NCBI GenBank assembly: GCA_017387565.1
Contig: JAFOEY010000034.1
Span: 16,607 to 80,606 of the forward strand
Direction of reading: 5' to 3'
DNA length: 64,000 nt
Origin: Lachnospiraceae bacterium
GTDB lineage: Bacteria > Bacillota > Clostridia > Lachnospirales > Lachnospiraceae
In this document: positions 19,306 to 29,918 of the stretch, piece after piece
How positions within the stretch are numbered: the stretch's first letter is position 1
How the letters are laid out: every line of letters starts with the position of its first letter
Translations under genes and position numbers: made by a program
Notes under the pieces: model-generated
The model's database searches: none
The model's input: only the letters and a program-made list of their open reading frames with translations
What the model was told of the DNA's origin: nothing

Positions 19306-19788
19306 TCATCCATTAACAATTTTCTTATAATCTTCATCAGATAATACTCCGACTATATTTTCAAGACTATCATATGAAATTTCTAGTTTTTTAAGTAAAT
19401 CTTCTATAATGCTTTCACTATCAAATTTAGCTTTTTTACTTCTTTTGCATTTATCATCAATAACTCTTAACGATTGAATAATATTATCGACTACCATAAG
19501 ATATTGCGTATCATAGTCTGCATTAATAAAATCATTATAAGGAATAGGCAAACGAACATCTGCATACTGCTTTTTATAATTTATGTATTTTCTCGGTTTA
19601 CCCCAACCATCAATAAGATGCTTGTTCGGGTGACAATTTACTACTATCGCTATGCTTTCAATATTATCCGCATATTGTAAAATACTATAATTTTTCTCAT
19701 CTATTCTTTGGCTTATATCTTGAAGAATAATGTGAACATTATTTGCTTCTCGCCAAATCTCACAACTAATAAATAAAGGTCTACTCAT
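19306..19788 (-). CDS. Putative polymorphic-toxin immunity protein (Imm44/Imm12-like)
   Basis: LFISCEI...SIAIVVNC...RKYINYKKQYADVRLPIPYNDF pattern recalled from these immunity families. Not HMM-verified. Confidence 0.5.
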   Translation of the reverse strand: MSRPLFISCEIWREANNVHIILQDISQRIDEKNYSILQYADNIESIAIVVNCHPNKHLIDGWGKPRKYINYKKQYADVRLPIPYNDFINADYDTQYLMVVDNIIQSLRVIDDKCKRSKKAKFDSESIIEDLLKKLEISYDSLENIVGVLSDEDYKKIVNG

Positions 19789-19901
19789 ATTATTTTTTCA
19801 TCTCCACCTTAGCTCATAAAATATGAACCTACCGGCTCCATCTTAAAAATTACTATTTAAAATGCAAGCCCAGACATTACTACTAAACTAACTAATACAA
19901 T

Positions 19902-20642
19902 TTACGGAAAAATACTTCCATTCCCCATCATCACCCGAATGATACCAATCACAAATAAATGAGCCGGATAATACAGATAGAAAAACCACTTCATTCCCTT
20001 CCACTTTCCTCTTTCGCCATTATACTGTTTTAAGATGAACAACGATAGCAGGGTAAACATTTGAATGATTCCATACACTTTATCCATAAAAATAAAATAC
20101 ACAATGGCATAAAAAGCTGTCCATATGAACATTGTAAAAGCCTGCTTTTTGAAATCGCCGCGATGCAAATACAAATATACCGGGCAAATAGCTGCAATTG
20201 TCGACCAGTCCGCAGGAAATGTAATAAAACAAATCAAAATGGTAAGTACAATTTTAAGCCATTGCGGCAAACGATCCGTTGTAAATATAACCATCAAAAC
20301 GACTGCCCATGCAAGTGGCCACATGACACTTGTCATATTGAAAAAGCCATTCGGGACAAAAGGAATTCCTCCTGCAAAGTTATACGCAAAGTGAGATATG
20401 ATTGCAAAGACAAATAGTCTAAAAATATACTTTTTTACACTTCGCGTATAATGAAATCCTTCTGCAATAAAAAACCACATAATCGGAGCAGTTAATCTTC
20501 CTATCACATGCAATCCCATGACCCACCATATCTTTTGACAACCGGGAAAGAAAAGCCATGTTAAATGATCAATTGTCATTGCAATAATAGCAATCAATTT
20601 AATTTGATTGCTATTTAATCCATTGTTCTTTAATGTATTCAC
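19902..20642 (-). CDS. TraX family membrane protein
   Basis: LNSNQIKLIAIIAMTIDH...IGRLTAPIMWFFIAEGF.YTRS...YNGERG...WFFYLYYPAHL. GTG start at 20642 after GAGGAGG. Confidence 0.85.
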   Translation of the reverse strand: MNTLKNNGLNSNQIKLIAIIAMTIDHLTWLFFPGCQKIWWVMGLHVIGRLTAPIMWFFIAEGFHYTRSVKKYIFRLFVFAIISHFAYNFAGGIPFVPNGFFNMTSVMWPLAWAVVLMVIFTTDRLPQWLKIVLTILICFITFPADWSTIAAICPVYLYLHRGDFKKQAFTMFIWTAFYAIVYFIFMDKVYGIIQMFTLLSLFILKQYNGERGKWKGMKWFFYLYYPAHLFVIGIIRVMMGNGSIFP

Positions 20643-20670
20643 TTCAGTTACCTCCTCATATTCGCATCCT

Positions 20671-21231
20671 TTACATCTGAAATACCAGTCCGACCACTGC
20701 TCCGGCAACCATCCAGAAAAAGGGATGAATCTTGTTCAGCTTCTTCAGATTCATGGCAATGAAAAACAATGCACATAGAATCAGAGAAAAGACCGGAAAC
20801 TGAAAACTGCCATCCGATGCCGTAAACAAAGCAGTCTCAAAGATACCGCATACCGCCGTTGCAATAAGGCCTGTCACAACCGGCCGGATCATGGCAAAGG
20901 ACGATTTCACATACGGATTTTCATTAAATTTATCCAAGATTTTTGCAATGATGACAATCACAATCAGACTGGGTAAGACCAGAGAAAGCGTTGCAGCGAT
21001 ACCACCGGCTAACCCTGCTGCATGGAATCCTGCATAGGTTGCCATATTGATACCAATCGGTCCCGGTGTGCTTTCGCTGATAGCAAGCATATTTACCACG
21101 TCGGATTTGGCATACCAGTCATGTCTGGACGGAATATCCATCAAAAAAGGAATTGTTGCCGGACCACCACCGACTGCAAATAATCCAATCTGGAAGAATT
21201 CAATAAATAGTTGTAAGAAAACAGAGTTCAT
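20671..21231 (-). CDS. Chromate transporter short-chain subunit (CHR family)
   Basis: FFQIGLFAVGGG, SESTPGPIGINMATYAG. Confidence 0.9.
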   Translation of the reverse strand: MNSVFLQLFIEFFQIGLFAVGGGPATIPFLMDIPSRHDWYAKSDVVNMLAISESTPGPIGINMATYAGFHAAGLAGGIAATLSLVLPSLIVIVIIAKILDKFNENPYVKSSFAMIRPVVTGLIATAVCGIFETALFTASDGSFQFPVFSLILCALFFIAMNLKKLNKIHPFFWMVAGAVVGLVFQM

Positions 21232-21770
21232 ACCTTAAGCCTCCCCATCTTGTATAATACAATTCCAATAATACCGGCAAAAATTACCAGCAAAACCGTG
21301 GGGATGGGGGTAAACATTGCCAGAGCAAAACCTATCAATGCCATGACAATGGTAATTTTACTCACCATGCTTTTCTTTCCCATCGTAATCACAGTATTGA
21401 GCATCAATGCACAGACAACCACCTTAATGCCACCGACTGCATGTGCCACATAAGGATTTTCAATAAACTGTTGCACAAACATGGCAAGAATGGAAACAAT
21501 AATAAGCGAAGGGCTGATCATGCCCAGCGTCGAAATAATAGCTCCCGGAATTCCTTTTCTCTTATAGCCTACAAAGGTTGACACATTGACGGCAATAATT
21601 CCCGGCGTACACTGTCCGACTGCATAGTAATTTAATAAATCATCCTCTGTCACCCAGTTCTTTTTTTCAACCAATTCGTATTTTAACATCGGAAGCATGG
21701 TAAGGCCGCCGCCGAAAGTCAATCCGCCAATCCGGAAAAAAGCAAAATAAAGCTGTAGTAATTCATTCAT
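21228..21770 (-). CDS. Chromate transporter short-chain subunit (CHR family)
   Basis: FFRIGGLTFGGG, GQCTPGIIAVNVSTFVG. Coupled to the next CHR gene. Confidence 0.9.
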   Translation of the reverse strand: MNELLQLYFAFFRIGGLTFGGGLTMLPMLKYELVEKKNWVTEDDLLNYYAVGQCTPGIIAVNVSTFVGYKRKGIPGAIISTLGMISPSLIIVSILAMFVQQFIENPYVAHAVGGIKVVVCALMLNTVITMGKKSMVSKITIVMALIGFALAMFTPIPTVLLVIFAGIIGIVLYKMGRLKV

Positions 21771-21882
21771 ATGTTATCCTCGGTTTTCATTTCAAAATCA
21801 ATCACGATATTCAATCATGATATGTTTTCACTTAGCAATTTCAATATACTGTATAAAAATCCGCAAATTCATCAGAAGTATA

Positions 21883-23706
21883 TCAAGTTTCAAAATCCAG
21901 ATAGGAAATATATCTTTCTGAAAAATCAGGTTCATTGGCAAGATTAATCAAAGTTTTATCTAGGTTAACATAACTTTTAATTATGTCATTCATTTTTTTC
22001 TCTTTCTCATCAACGATCCTCTTACCTGACGCATCATCTATTTCCTTATCTGTCTTCTCCTCTTCTTTCTTATTTGTTTGATTATCTGCATCTATTATAC
22101 TTTCCATTTGACAATTAATTCTTTCATCTATCATGTCATCTGTCTCGTTACCCGAGTTCCTCTTGATCTTGCTATATCCATACAAAGCGGCTCCTGACAA
22201 TGCCGTATTTCCACAAGCTGTTGTCTTTCCCTTAAAAGCATCCGGTAACAATCCCACGCCAAAAGCAGCTTCAACATCCAGATAATAACCAAATCCACCA
22301 GCTACATATACATGATCAATTTCCTGCATTGAACAACCGAATTTTTCAACCAGATAATCGATGCCACACCGAACTGCAGCCTTTGCCAATTGCATCTGAC
22401 GGATACGATCTTGTGTTATGTAAACCATATCCATATCCCGACCATTTTCAACATCCGGTTTTACAGCCACATCCCGTTCATTTCCCAAATTTACATCCGA
22501 TTTCACGGCCGCATCCCGTTCATTTCCCGGATTTACATCCGATTTCACAGCCGCATCCCGTTCATTTCCCGGATTTGAATCCGAATTCATATCCGAATTC
22601 AGAATCTTATCAGCATCCACAACATAAGGAACTCCCTGTTCAAACCATTCGCCCTGCAGGGTTCCGTGATCATCAATTTTCTTTTCCTGCAACAGGCGAT
22701 ACAAAAACGAAATGATATCCGCACCGTAAATTCCCACATCAGCAATGGAATCAAATGCTGAACCTGCTGCCGCTGAAGTTGCAACCAAGCGGTTATCCCG
22801 GATTAATGCCATTTCCGCATTGGTACCCAAATCCAAAAGTAAAATCAGTTTATCACGCGAACGCTCAAACGGTCTGTCTGATGTCAAATCTGCATCCTTC
22901 ATTCCAAGAGCTAACAGCCCGCTAAATATATCGCCCCCGACAAAGGCGCTAAATCCCGGCATAATATAAGTGGGAATTCCCGCTATATCGGTCTTAATTT
23001 CATCCAATGTCTTGGGAATAAAGGGTGCTTTACTTAGAGAAGAAACATCATAACCCATCAACAAATGAACCATGGTTGTATTCGCCGCAACGACCATAAA
23101 GGAAATATCATCTGTTCCCAACGTGGCAAATCCTTCTTGTATCTGCTCTTTGATCAGATAACTCAAGTCTTCCCTGTTACCATTCATGGAAGCTTCCATG
23201 CGGGAAATGACATCTGCACCATAGCATTTTTGTGCATTAACCGCCTTATATACATCTATAACGCTTCCATCGGAAATCCTTCTTTTTTCCATGACTACCG
23301 TCGTTGTACCAATATCCGTAGTCACAAAACAACTGCGCTCTGTTTGGCTTTCCGCCTTCCAATAAATATTCCATGTTTCTCCCACGGCATCCATCTCTTT
23401 TTGCCTTGGCAGGAGAATTTCACAATCTGCGTTTAATTTCACTAAACAGGCAAGCCGGTATCCCATGCGCAGTTCATCCGGCGAAAGCCATCTTCTTTCT
23501 GTTGCGCCCGGCATCGGTGCCCCTTTTAAAAAGCGAACCTTACATTTCCCACAGATGCCTTTTCCACCACAATTTAAAGAAATGGGAATATCCGCTTTTT
23601 GACATAACAAAAGTAAGCTTTCTCCCGCTTGGAAAAAAAGCTTACTTTCTGTATTATCATTTTCGTATTTTATAATAAGCTGCAAGTCTGACATAGATTT
23701 CCACAC
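21883..23706 (-). CDS. ASKHA-domain [2Fe-2S] protein (RACo/DUF4445 corrinoid reductive activator-like)
   Basis: CGGKGICGKC...RLAC ferredoxin, DIGTTT, YGADVISR, AFVGGDI, DLGTNAE, SAAAGSAF, VAGGFG, GNTALSGA. Start uncertain. Confidence 0.88.
   Translation of the reverse strand: MWKSMSDLQLIIKYENDNTESKLFFQAGESLLLLCQKADIPISLNCGGKGICGKCKVRFLKGAPMPGATERRWLSPDELRMGYRLACLVKLNADCEILLPRQKEMDAVGETWNIYWKAESQTERSCFVTTDIGTTTVVMEKRRISDGSVIDVYKAVNAQKCYGADVISRMEASMNGNREDLSYLIKEQIQEGFATLGTDDISFMVVAANTTMVHLLMGYDVSSLSKAPFIPKTLDEIKTDIAGIPTYIMPGFSAFVGGDIFSGLLALGMKDADLTSDRPFERSRDKLILLLDLGTNAEMALIRDNRLVATSAAAGSAFDSIADVGIYGADIISFLYRLLQEKKIDDHGTLQGEWFEQGVPYVVDADKILNSDMNSDSNPGNERDAAVKSDVNPGNERDAAVKSDVNLGNERDVAVKPDVENGRDMDMVYITQDRIRQMQLAKAAVRCGIDYLVEKFGCSMQEIDHVYVAGGFGYYLDVEAAFGVGLLPDAFKGKTTACGNTALSGAALYGYSKIKRNSGNETDDMIDERINCQMESIIDADNQTNKKEEEKTDKEIDDASGKRIVDEKEKKMNDIIKSYVNLDKTLINLANEPDFSERYISYLDFET
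22451..22577. repeat. In-frame 42-bp tandem repeat x3 (SDVNPGNERDAAVK)
   Basis: ATCCCGTTCATTTCCC at 22471, 22513 and 22555. Confidence 0.92.
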
Positions 23707-23989
23707 ATCTTTGATTTTCTGATTCTAAAAATGTTTCATGATGAATTTACAAATTCTATCACAGATGCATTTTCATACTCTTGTGTTCAACAAAAATCGA
23801 TTATACAAATTGATTTCTATCTTTGTTATAAACATAACCGATTGCGGAAAGTTTATCAAGTACTGTCTGCTTATCAACATCCTCGTCGTCGCATAAATCG
23901 TCGAGCGAAGAATAAAAATCTCTCAGTTTTAAGTTAACATAACTAAGAAGCATCACCGGATCATTTGGCATCATAAAAAGTTTCCTACC

Positions 23990-25516
23990 TTATCTGCCGG
24001 AACTCATACCGTTGTTACCATTATTGTTGTAGTAATCAAAGAATTCACGGAAAAAGTCTTCTGCGCTACTTCCTCCATTTTGTCCGGAATTATCATTACC
24101 ACCATTTGAGTTGGTGCTATCCTGATTCTGGGAAGAAATGCTGCGTCCGTCATCTCCGATTAAAGTTACCTGCAGTATCTTTTCTTCATAACCACCGGCT
24201 TCTTTGGCCCTCTGGATTACAAGTTCAACGGTCTCTCCAGCTTTATAATATTGTAAAGATGATTTTAAATCATCATAATCCGAAATGCTCATTCCGTCAA
24301 ATTTTGTAATAATATCGCCTTTGACAAGGCCTGCTTTTTCTGCTGCACCATCCTTTTGCAGTTCCAATACATAAACACCCTGGGGAATGTTATACATCTC
24401 GGAAATATCGGAAGATACATTCTGGCAAGTAATACCAAGATATCCCTGTTCTTCTGTGGCAACCAGATCTCTGGTTTCGCGATTCATGAGCTCCTCCAAG
24501 ATTGGCTCTGCCGTATCAATTGGAATTGCATAGCCCATGCCTTCTACAACAGAAGATGCAAATTTGGATGAATTGATACCGATTAATTCACCTTTCATAT
24601 TTAAAAGAGCACCACCACTGTTACCGGGGTTGATGGCAGCATCCGTCTGAATCAGTTTTGCTGTCATACCTTCAATGGTAACTTCTCGATCCATGGCACT
24701 GACAATACCAGTTGTAACACTTTGACCATAACCTAAGGCATTACCGATGGCAACCACCTGATCTCCGACTTTTACATCAGAAGAATTACCAATTTTGGCA
24801 ATGCTGATGGAAGATTTGATTTCATCTGTTAAATCGTCCAAATCAACTGCAATGATACCAAGATCATTATCCGCATCAGTTCCTTTTACTTTTGCCTCAA
24901 CCACTTTATCTTCATCATCACCGAAGCATACAGAAATTTCCGTAGCATTGGCAACCACATGATTATTAGTTGCAATTAATAATTCCTCTTCATTTTGTCC
25001 GATAATAATACCGGAACCTGCACTTGTTGATTCATACTGTCTGGTTCCAAACATGCTACGGACTTCCTCCACACCTTTATTGGTAATGGATACAATGGAA
25101 GGCATGCAGCTTTTTGCAATTTCAGCAACCGAATATTCGGACCGGTCTTTGTTTGTCACCTGCTCTGCCGATGCCGACTGGGATGTCTGGTTGGAAGCAT
25201 CCGCTCCCACTTCCACCGTGCCGATTGCCGCCTCATCCGCTGCCATAACCGTCTCGCCAATTGTCTGTGCACTATCCAAAGCAGCCAGTTTATCCTCAAT
25301 TCCACTCGCTTTCAAAACACCGATAAAAACAAGGGATGCAGCCAATCCAAAAGCGACACCGCTTACTATCATCATACCGAATTTTCTGACAACACGTGGC
25401 ATCTTTTTATGATGCTTTTCCTGCTTACTTGAAGATGGCTCTCCATTGGTATTGGGCGCGGCGCCGTAATTTCCTTCCGTACTGTTGTATTCATAGTAAT
25501 TATTGTTTTCGTACAT
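23990..25516 (-). CDS. htrA: HtrA/DegP family serine protease with PDZ domain
   Basis: N-terminal TM, GSGIII, TNNHVV, AIGNALG, IQTDAAINPGNSGG, C-terminal PDZ. Confidence 0.93.
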   Translation of the reverse strand: MYENNNYYEYNSTEGNYGAAPNTNGEPSSSKQEKHHKKMPRVVRKFGMMIVSGVAFGLAASLVFIGVLKASGIEDKLAALDSAQTIGETVMAADEAAIGTVEVGADASNQTSQSASAEQVTNKDRSEYSVAEIAKSCMPSIVSITNKGVEEVRSMFGTRQYESTSAGSGIIIGQNEEELLIATNNHVVANATEISVCFGDDEDKVVEAKVKGTDADNDLGIIAVDLDDLTDEIKSSISIAKIGNSSDVKVGDQVVAIGNALGYGQSVTTGIVSAMDREVTIEGMTAKLIQTDAAINPGNSGGALLNMKGELIGINSSKFASSVVEGMGYAIPIDTAEPILEELMNRETRDLVATEEQGYLGITCQNVSSDISEMYNIPQGVYVLELQKDGAAEKAGLVKGDIITKFDGMSISDYDDLKSSLQYYKAGETVELVIQRAKEAGGYEEKILQVTLIGDDGRSISSQNQDSTNSNGGNDNSGQNGGSSAEDFFREFFDYYNNNGNNGMSSGR

Positions 25517-25728
25517 AACAACAACCTCTTTTCCATTTTTGTTTTCCTATTCAAGGGACTGCAAATTAGGATTTTGCAACCGGTTAAGAAACTGCAATAT
25601 ACAATTTCCAACCGGTTTGCGCATCGCTCTTTGCAATCCCTGTATTTGATAGTAAATAAGATACAGAAGCTTTGTTATAAAAATATGACAAAACTGTGTT
25701 TATTTTGTGAAATGTCTTCACTATGCTA

Positions 25729-25773
25729 TTTTACAATTGTGCTCCTACGAAATTTGCATATTCTATCACAGAC
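25729..25773 (+). repeat. Left-arm-only copy of palindromic family 1 abutting the clpB stop
   Basis: TTTTACAATTGTGCTCCTACGAAATTTGCATATTCTATCACAGAC matches 55522-55566. Confidence 0.8.
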
Positions 25774-28356
25774 TTACACTTTCTTTGCTACCAGCTTATC
25801 ATTTTCCACATCAATCAGGATATGATCTCCCTGCCCAATTTCATCTGCCAAAATCAGTTTTGCGACAGCGGTCTCAACATATTTCTGGATATACCGTTTC
25901 AACGGTCTTGCACCATAAACCGGATCATAGCCGTTTTCAACAATAAACTGTTTTGCTGTATCCGTGCAGGATAAATGCAAATCTCTGTCACTTAAACGTT
26001 TATTTAAATCCTCTATAATCAGGTCAATAATACCGCTGATATTACTCTTTGTAAGCGGTTTAAACAAAATCGTTTCATCCAGACGGTTCAAAAACTCCGG
26101 TCTGAAATGCGCGCGAAGATCATTCATGACCATTTCTTCTGCCTGCTCTGAGATTTCACCGTTTTCATCGATGCCATCAAGCAGATACTGCGCACCGATA
26201 TTGGATGTCATAATTAAAATGGTATTTTTAAAATCCACCGTACGTCCAAGTGAATCGGTAATACGTCCGTCATCTAAGACCTGCAAAAGGACATTAAAGA
26301 CATCCGGATGTGCTTTTTCAATCTCATCAAATAAGACAACAGAATAAGGTTTTCTTCGTACCGCTTCTGTCAGCTGTCCGCCCTCTTCATATCCGACATA
26401 TCCGGGAGGCGCTCCGATCAGACGCGATACAGAATATTTCTCCATATACTCACTCATATCCAGTCTGACGATATTACTTTCATCGTCAAACAGGCTTTGT
26501 GCAAGCGCCTTTGCAAGCTCCGTCTTGCCGACACCGGTAGGTCCAAGGAACAAGAAAGAACCAATTGGTTTACTCGGGTCCTTGATACCGGCCTTAGAAC
26601 GGATAATTGCTTCGGAAACTTTGGTTACCCCTTCATCCTGACCGATGACTCTCTTATGCAGCTCATCATCCAGATGCAGGGTTTTATTACGCTCACTCTC
26701 GGTCAACTTAGAAACCGGGATACCCGTCCAGCGGGAAATAATCTTGGCAATCTCATCATCATCCACGCTTTCATGTAACAGACTGCGATCCTGTTTGCCA
26801 ACCTTTGCTTCCTCAGCCTCTAATTCTTTTTTCATTGCCGGCAGCTTCCCATAGCTTAATTCCGCTGCTTTTTCCAGTTTTCCTTCTCTTGTGGCAATCT
26901 GAATTTCATTATTGACAGCTTCAATATCCTCACGCAGTTTCTGAAGCTTTTCAACACTGGCTTTTTCATTTTCCCAGGTAGCTTTCTGGGAAGCAAAGTT
27001 TTCTTTTAATTCGGCCAGTTCTTTTTGTAAATCTGCCAGTCTTTCAACAGAAAGTTTATCATCTTCCTTTTTCAATGCCGTCTCTTCAATTTCCATCTGC
27101 ATGATACGGCGGTTTAACTCATCAAGCTCTGTGGGCATCGAATCTAACTCGGTCTTAATCAGCGCACATGCCTCATCCACCAAGTCGATGGCTTTATCCG
27201 GTAAAAACCGGTCGGTGATATAACGGTTGGATAAGACTGCCGCACTAACCAGCGCGTTATCCAAGATCTTAACGCCATGAAAGACTTCATAACGGTCTTT
27301 CAATCCACGCAGGATGGATATCGTATCTTCTACGGTCGGTTCATCCACCGTAACCGGTTGGAAACGACGCTCCAATGCCTGGTCTTTTTCAATATACTGA
27401 CGATATTCATCCAAAGTAGTTGCACCGATACAATGCAGCTCTCCACGCGCTAACATGGGTTTTAACATATTGCCGGCATCCAACGCACCATCGGTTTTAC
27501 CCGCACCGACAATGGTATGAAGTTCGTCAATAAATAAAATAATCTGTCCGTCGCTGTTTTTGACATCCTCCAACACCGCTTTCAGACGTTCCTCAAATTC
27601 ACCACGATATTTTGCGCCGGCTACAAGCGCGCCCATATCCAGTGAGAAAATCTTTTTGTCCTGCAGACTTGCCGGTACATCTCCTCTTACAATACGCTGC
27701 GCCAGTCCTTCTACGACTGCCGTTTTACCAACACCGGGCTCACCGATTAAAACCGGATTGTTTTTGGTCTTTCTGGACAAAATACGGATTACATTCCGAA
27801 TCTCGGCATCACGTCCGATAACAGGATCTAATTTCTGGCGTTTTGCCTTTTCCACCAGATCTTCACCATATTTGGCAAGCGTATCATAGGTTGCTTCCGG
27901 ATTGTCACTGGTCACACGCTGATTACCTCTTACCGTCGATAACGCCTGTAAAAAGCGTTCTCTTGTAATACCAAACTCCTGCATCATGTCCTTGATTGCT
28001 TTGTTTGGATGCTTCAACATGGATAAAAACAGATGCTCAACGGATACATATTCGTCTCCCATGGCTTTTGCCTCATCCTCAGCGGAAATCAAAACCTGAT
28101 TCAGGGCCTGACCGATATAGACCTGACCACCCTGTACTTTTACTCTCTTCTCTACCAAAGATCTTGCATAGTTTACATAATATTCTTTCTGTATCTCCAT
28201 CTTTTCAATGAGTTTTAAAATCAGACTATCTTCTATTGAAAGAAGGGACAATAATAAATGCTCTTCATCAATCTCCTGATTTCCATACTCATAGGCTAAT
28301 TTTTCACAACCATTGATGGCTTCAACAGATTTTTGTGTAAATTTTTGAAAATTCAT
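25774..28356 (-). CDS. clpB: ATP-dependent chaperone ClpB
   Basis: Two AAA+ modules ([16 protein letters not shown]), long coiled-coil M domain, YGARPLKR. Start at ATG 28356 after AAGGGG. Confidence 0.96.
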   Translation of the reverse strand: MNFQKFTQKSVEAINGCEKLAYEYGNQEIDEEHLLLSLLSIEDSLILKLIEKMEIQKEYYVNYARSLVEKRVKVQGGQVYIGQALNQVLISAEDEAKAMGDEYVSVEHLFLSMLKHPNKAIKDMMQEFGITRERFLQALSTVRGNQRVTSDNPEATYDTLAKYGEDLVEKAKRQKLDPVIGRDAEIRNVIRILSRKTKNNPVLIGEPGVGKTAVVEGLAQRIVRGDVPASLQDKKIFSLDMGALVAGAKYRGEFEERLKAVLEDVKNSDGQIILFIDELHTIVGAGKTDGALDAGNMLKPMLARGELHCIGATTLDEYRQYIEKDQALERRFQPVTVDEPTVEDTISILRGLKDRYEVFHGVKILDNALVSAAVLSNRYITDRFLPDKAIDLVDEACALIKTELDSMPTELDELNRRIMQMEIEETALKKEDDKLSVERLADLQKELAELKENFASQKATWENEKASVEKLQKLREDIEAVNNEIQIATREGKLEKAAELSYGKLPAMKKELEAEEAKVGKQDRSLLHESVDDDEIAKIISRWTGIPVSKLTESERNKTLHLDDELHKRVIGQDEGVTKVSEAIIRSKAGIKDPSKPIGSFLFLGPTGVGKTELAKALAQSLFDDESNIVRLDMSEYMEKYSVSRLIGAPPGYVGYEEGGQLTEAVRRKPYSVVLFDEIEKAHPDVFNVLLQVLDDGRITDSLGRTVDFKNTILIMTSNIGAQYLLDGIDENGEISEQAEEMVMNDLRAHFRPEFLNRLDETILFKPLTKSNISGIIDLIIEDLNKRLSDRDLHLSCTDTAKQFIVENGYDPVYGARPLKRYIQKYVETAVAKLILADEIGQGDHILIDVENDKLVAKKV

Positions 28357-28429
28357 ATACAGCACCCCTTTCAAAATAGTATGCTTTTTTTTGCATTTCT
28401 CATGCTCTGGCTTTGTTATAACGCAAAAA

Positions 28430-28456
28430 TTAGCACTCGTCAAGAGAGAGTGCTAA
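28430..28456. promoter_or_regulatory. CIRCE element (HrcA operator)
   Basis: Perfect TTAGCACTC-N9-GAGTGCTAA ~75 nt upstream of clpB. Confidence 0.95.
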
Positions 28457-28484
28457 CAATTATTCTAAACTTTTTATAAACCGC

Positions 28485-29438
28485 TTATTCCTCTTCAATA
28501 TCCACAATTAGTTCATCATCCAAATATCCATTTTCCAATAAATATGCAGGTGTGAAAGTCAACGTTGTTCGATCCCCGTTCTCATCGAACTGTACGGCAT
28601 TCCACAGATCAATGCGAATATAAAACCAATCATCCACTTTATATAGCAATGCTGCCGTATCATCTTTTGACATAACTTTATAGGTTTTATCCGCTATCGT
28701 AATCTGATCCAGATTTTCATAATCCTCATAATCATCTTCTATTTGAGAAGCATCAAATGCATAATAACTGATGATTCAAGCACCCGAATTATCTTCATTT
28801 TTCCAATGAAAAGAGGTTTCAAAAAACGCATCACCCGACGGATGTCCCGATTCTTTCGTATACACAGTAATCTTATATTTATCCTTAAATGTTGTGCTCA
28901 TAGAAGAAAAACTTCCCGTTGCATTTTCTTCTTTCTCAGACAAACTGTTTTCTTCCAAAGACTCGATTATTTCGTAATTTTCATCAGGATAAATATAATT
29001 TCCATCAATAGAATAACGCATCGATTCCGTGAAGTCATTTCCCGTGCTTCCATGCTCTGGACCGGAAATGGATTCAAATCTTAAATACGTGTCCTCACAG
29101 TTATCCGGATACAGGATATAAGCATATTCATAGTCCGGATTATCCACCTTATATACATCGACATTGCTGCTCGTTGCACACAACTTACCGTTACTTTTTA
29201 TTTCATCCAGCATTTCATCGTCAATTACCGTAAGACGCCACCAATGAATTCCATTAAACTGCATAGTAACATCTCTATATCCTACTTCATATCTCGGGTA
29301 TCTCTCCAGAATATGAGGCTGCGTATATTCAATCTTTACATTGGAATATTTACCAAGTATTTCTTCATATTGCTTCTTTTGACAACCGGAAAGCATCACG
29401 ATTAAAAGAACAGCATATATTAAAATTTTTTTCTTCAT
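28485..29438 (-). pseudogene. Lipoprotein gene interrupted by an in-frame TGA (28776-28778)
   Basis: MKKKILIY...LSGC from 29438. The same frame continues open past the TGA for 96 codons (includes track ORF 28485..28673). Confidence 0.6.
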
Positions 29439-29439
29439 C

Positions 29440-29826
29440 TTACTTCTCCCTTTTTCCCGGTTTAAAACCAATAAAACCACTAACAATAAACAAAACCAGA
29501 AATACAATAATATAAGGGATATAGTTTCCATATATTGTTTGATGAGTTCGTGCATCTACCCGAATCGTAATCTCATCGCCTACAGAATAACCATATTTGT
29601 TAAAAAGATTTCCCTCCTGAATTGTCTCTCCATCCTTGGAATTCCATTCCAAAACATATTTTTCGCTGACTCGCCCTTTGTGGCTGGATCTAGCCACATA
29701 TACATTGGTTACAGTTGCAGGTATCTCTTCAAATCCACCACTATACTCATAAACAGCATTCACAATCCCAAACAGTGAAAAAAGCATAATTAAAATACAA
29801 ATTCCTTTTTTTAATATTGTACGCAT
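29440..29826 (-). CDS. Small membrane protein (DUF3592-like: TM, beta domain, TM)
   Basis: PATVTNVYV...YSVGDEITIRVD flanked by TMs, GGGGA RBS. Confidence 0.65.
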   Translation of the reverse strand: MRTILKKGICILIMLFSLFGIVNAVYEYSGGFEEIPATVTNVYVARSSHKGRVSEKYVLEWNSKDGETIQEGNLFNKYGYSVGDEITIRVDARTHQTIYGNYIPYIIVFLVLFIVSGFIGFKPGKREK

Positions 29827-29918
29827 CTTTTCCCCTCTCTACATTCATGCTATGATTTTTGCTTTTTCATAAAAATCATAGCATAAATCAGAAAATTCAG
29901 CCACAATATTTACATTTA

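Noticed and set aside
19902-20642. Conjugative element implied by the TraX annotation
   Set aside because: TraX-family membrane proteins are commonly chromosomal. No relaxase, T4SS or integrase is present in the window.
28776-28778. Selenocysteine recoding of the in-frame TGA
   Set aside because: No redox motif context and no recognisable SECIS hairpin immediately 3' of the TGA. A nonsense mutation is simpler.
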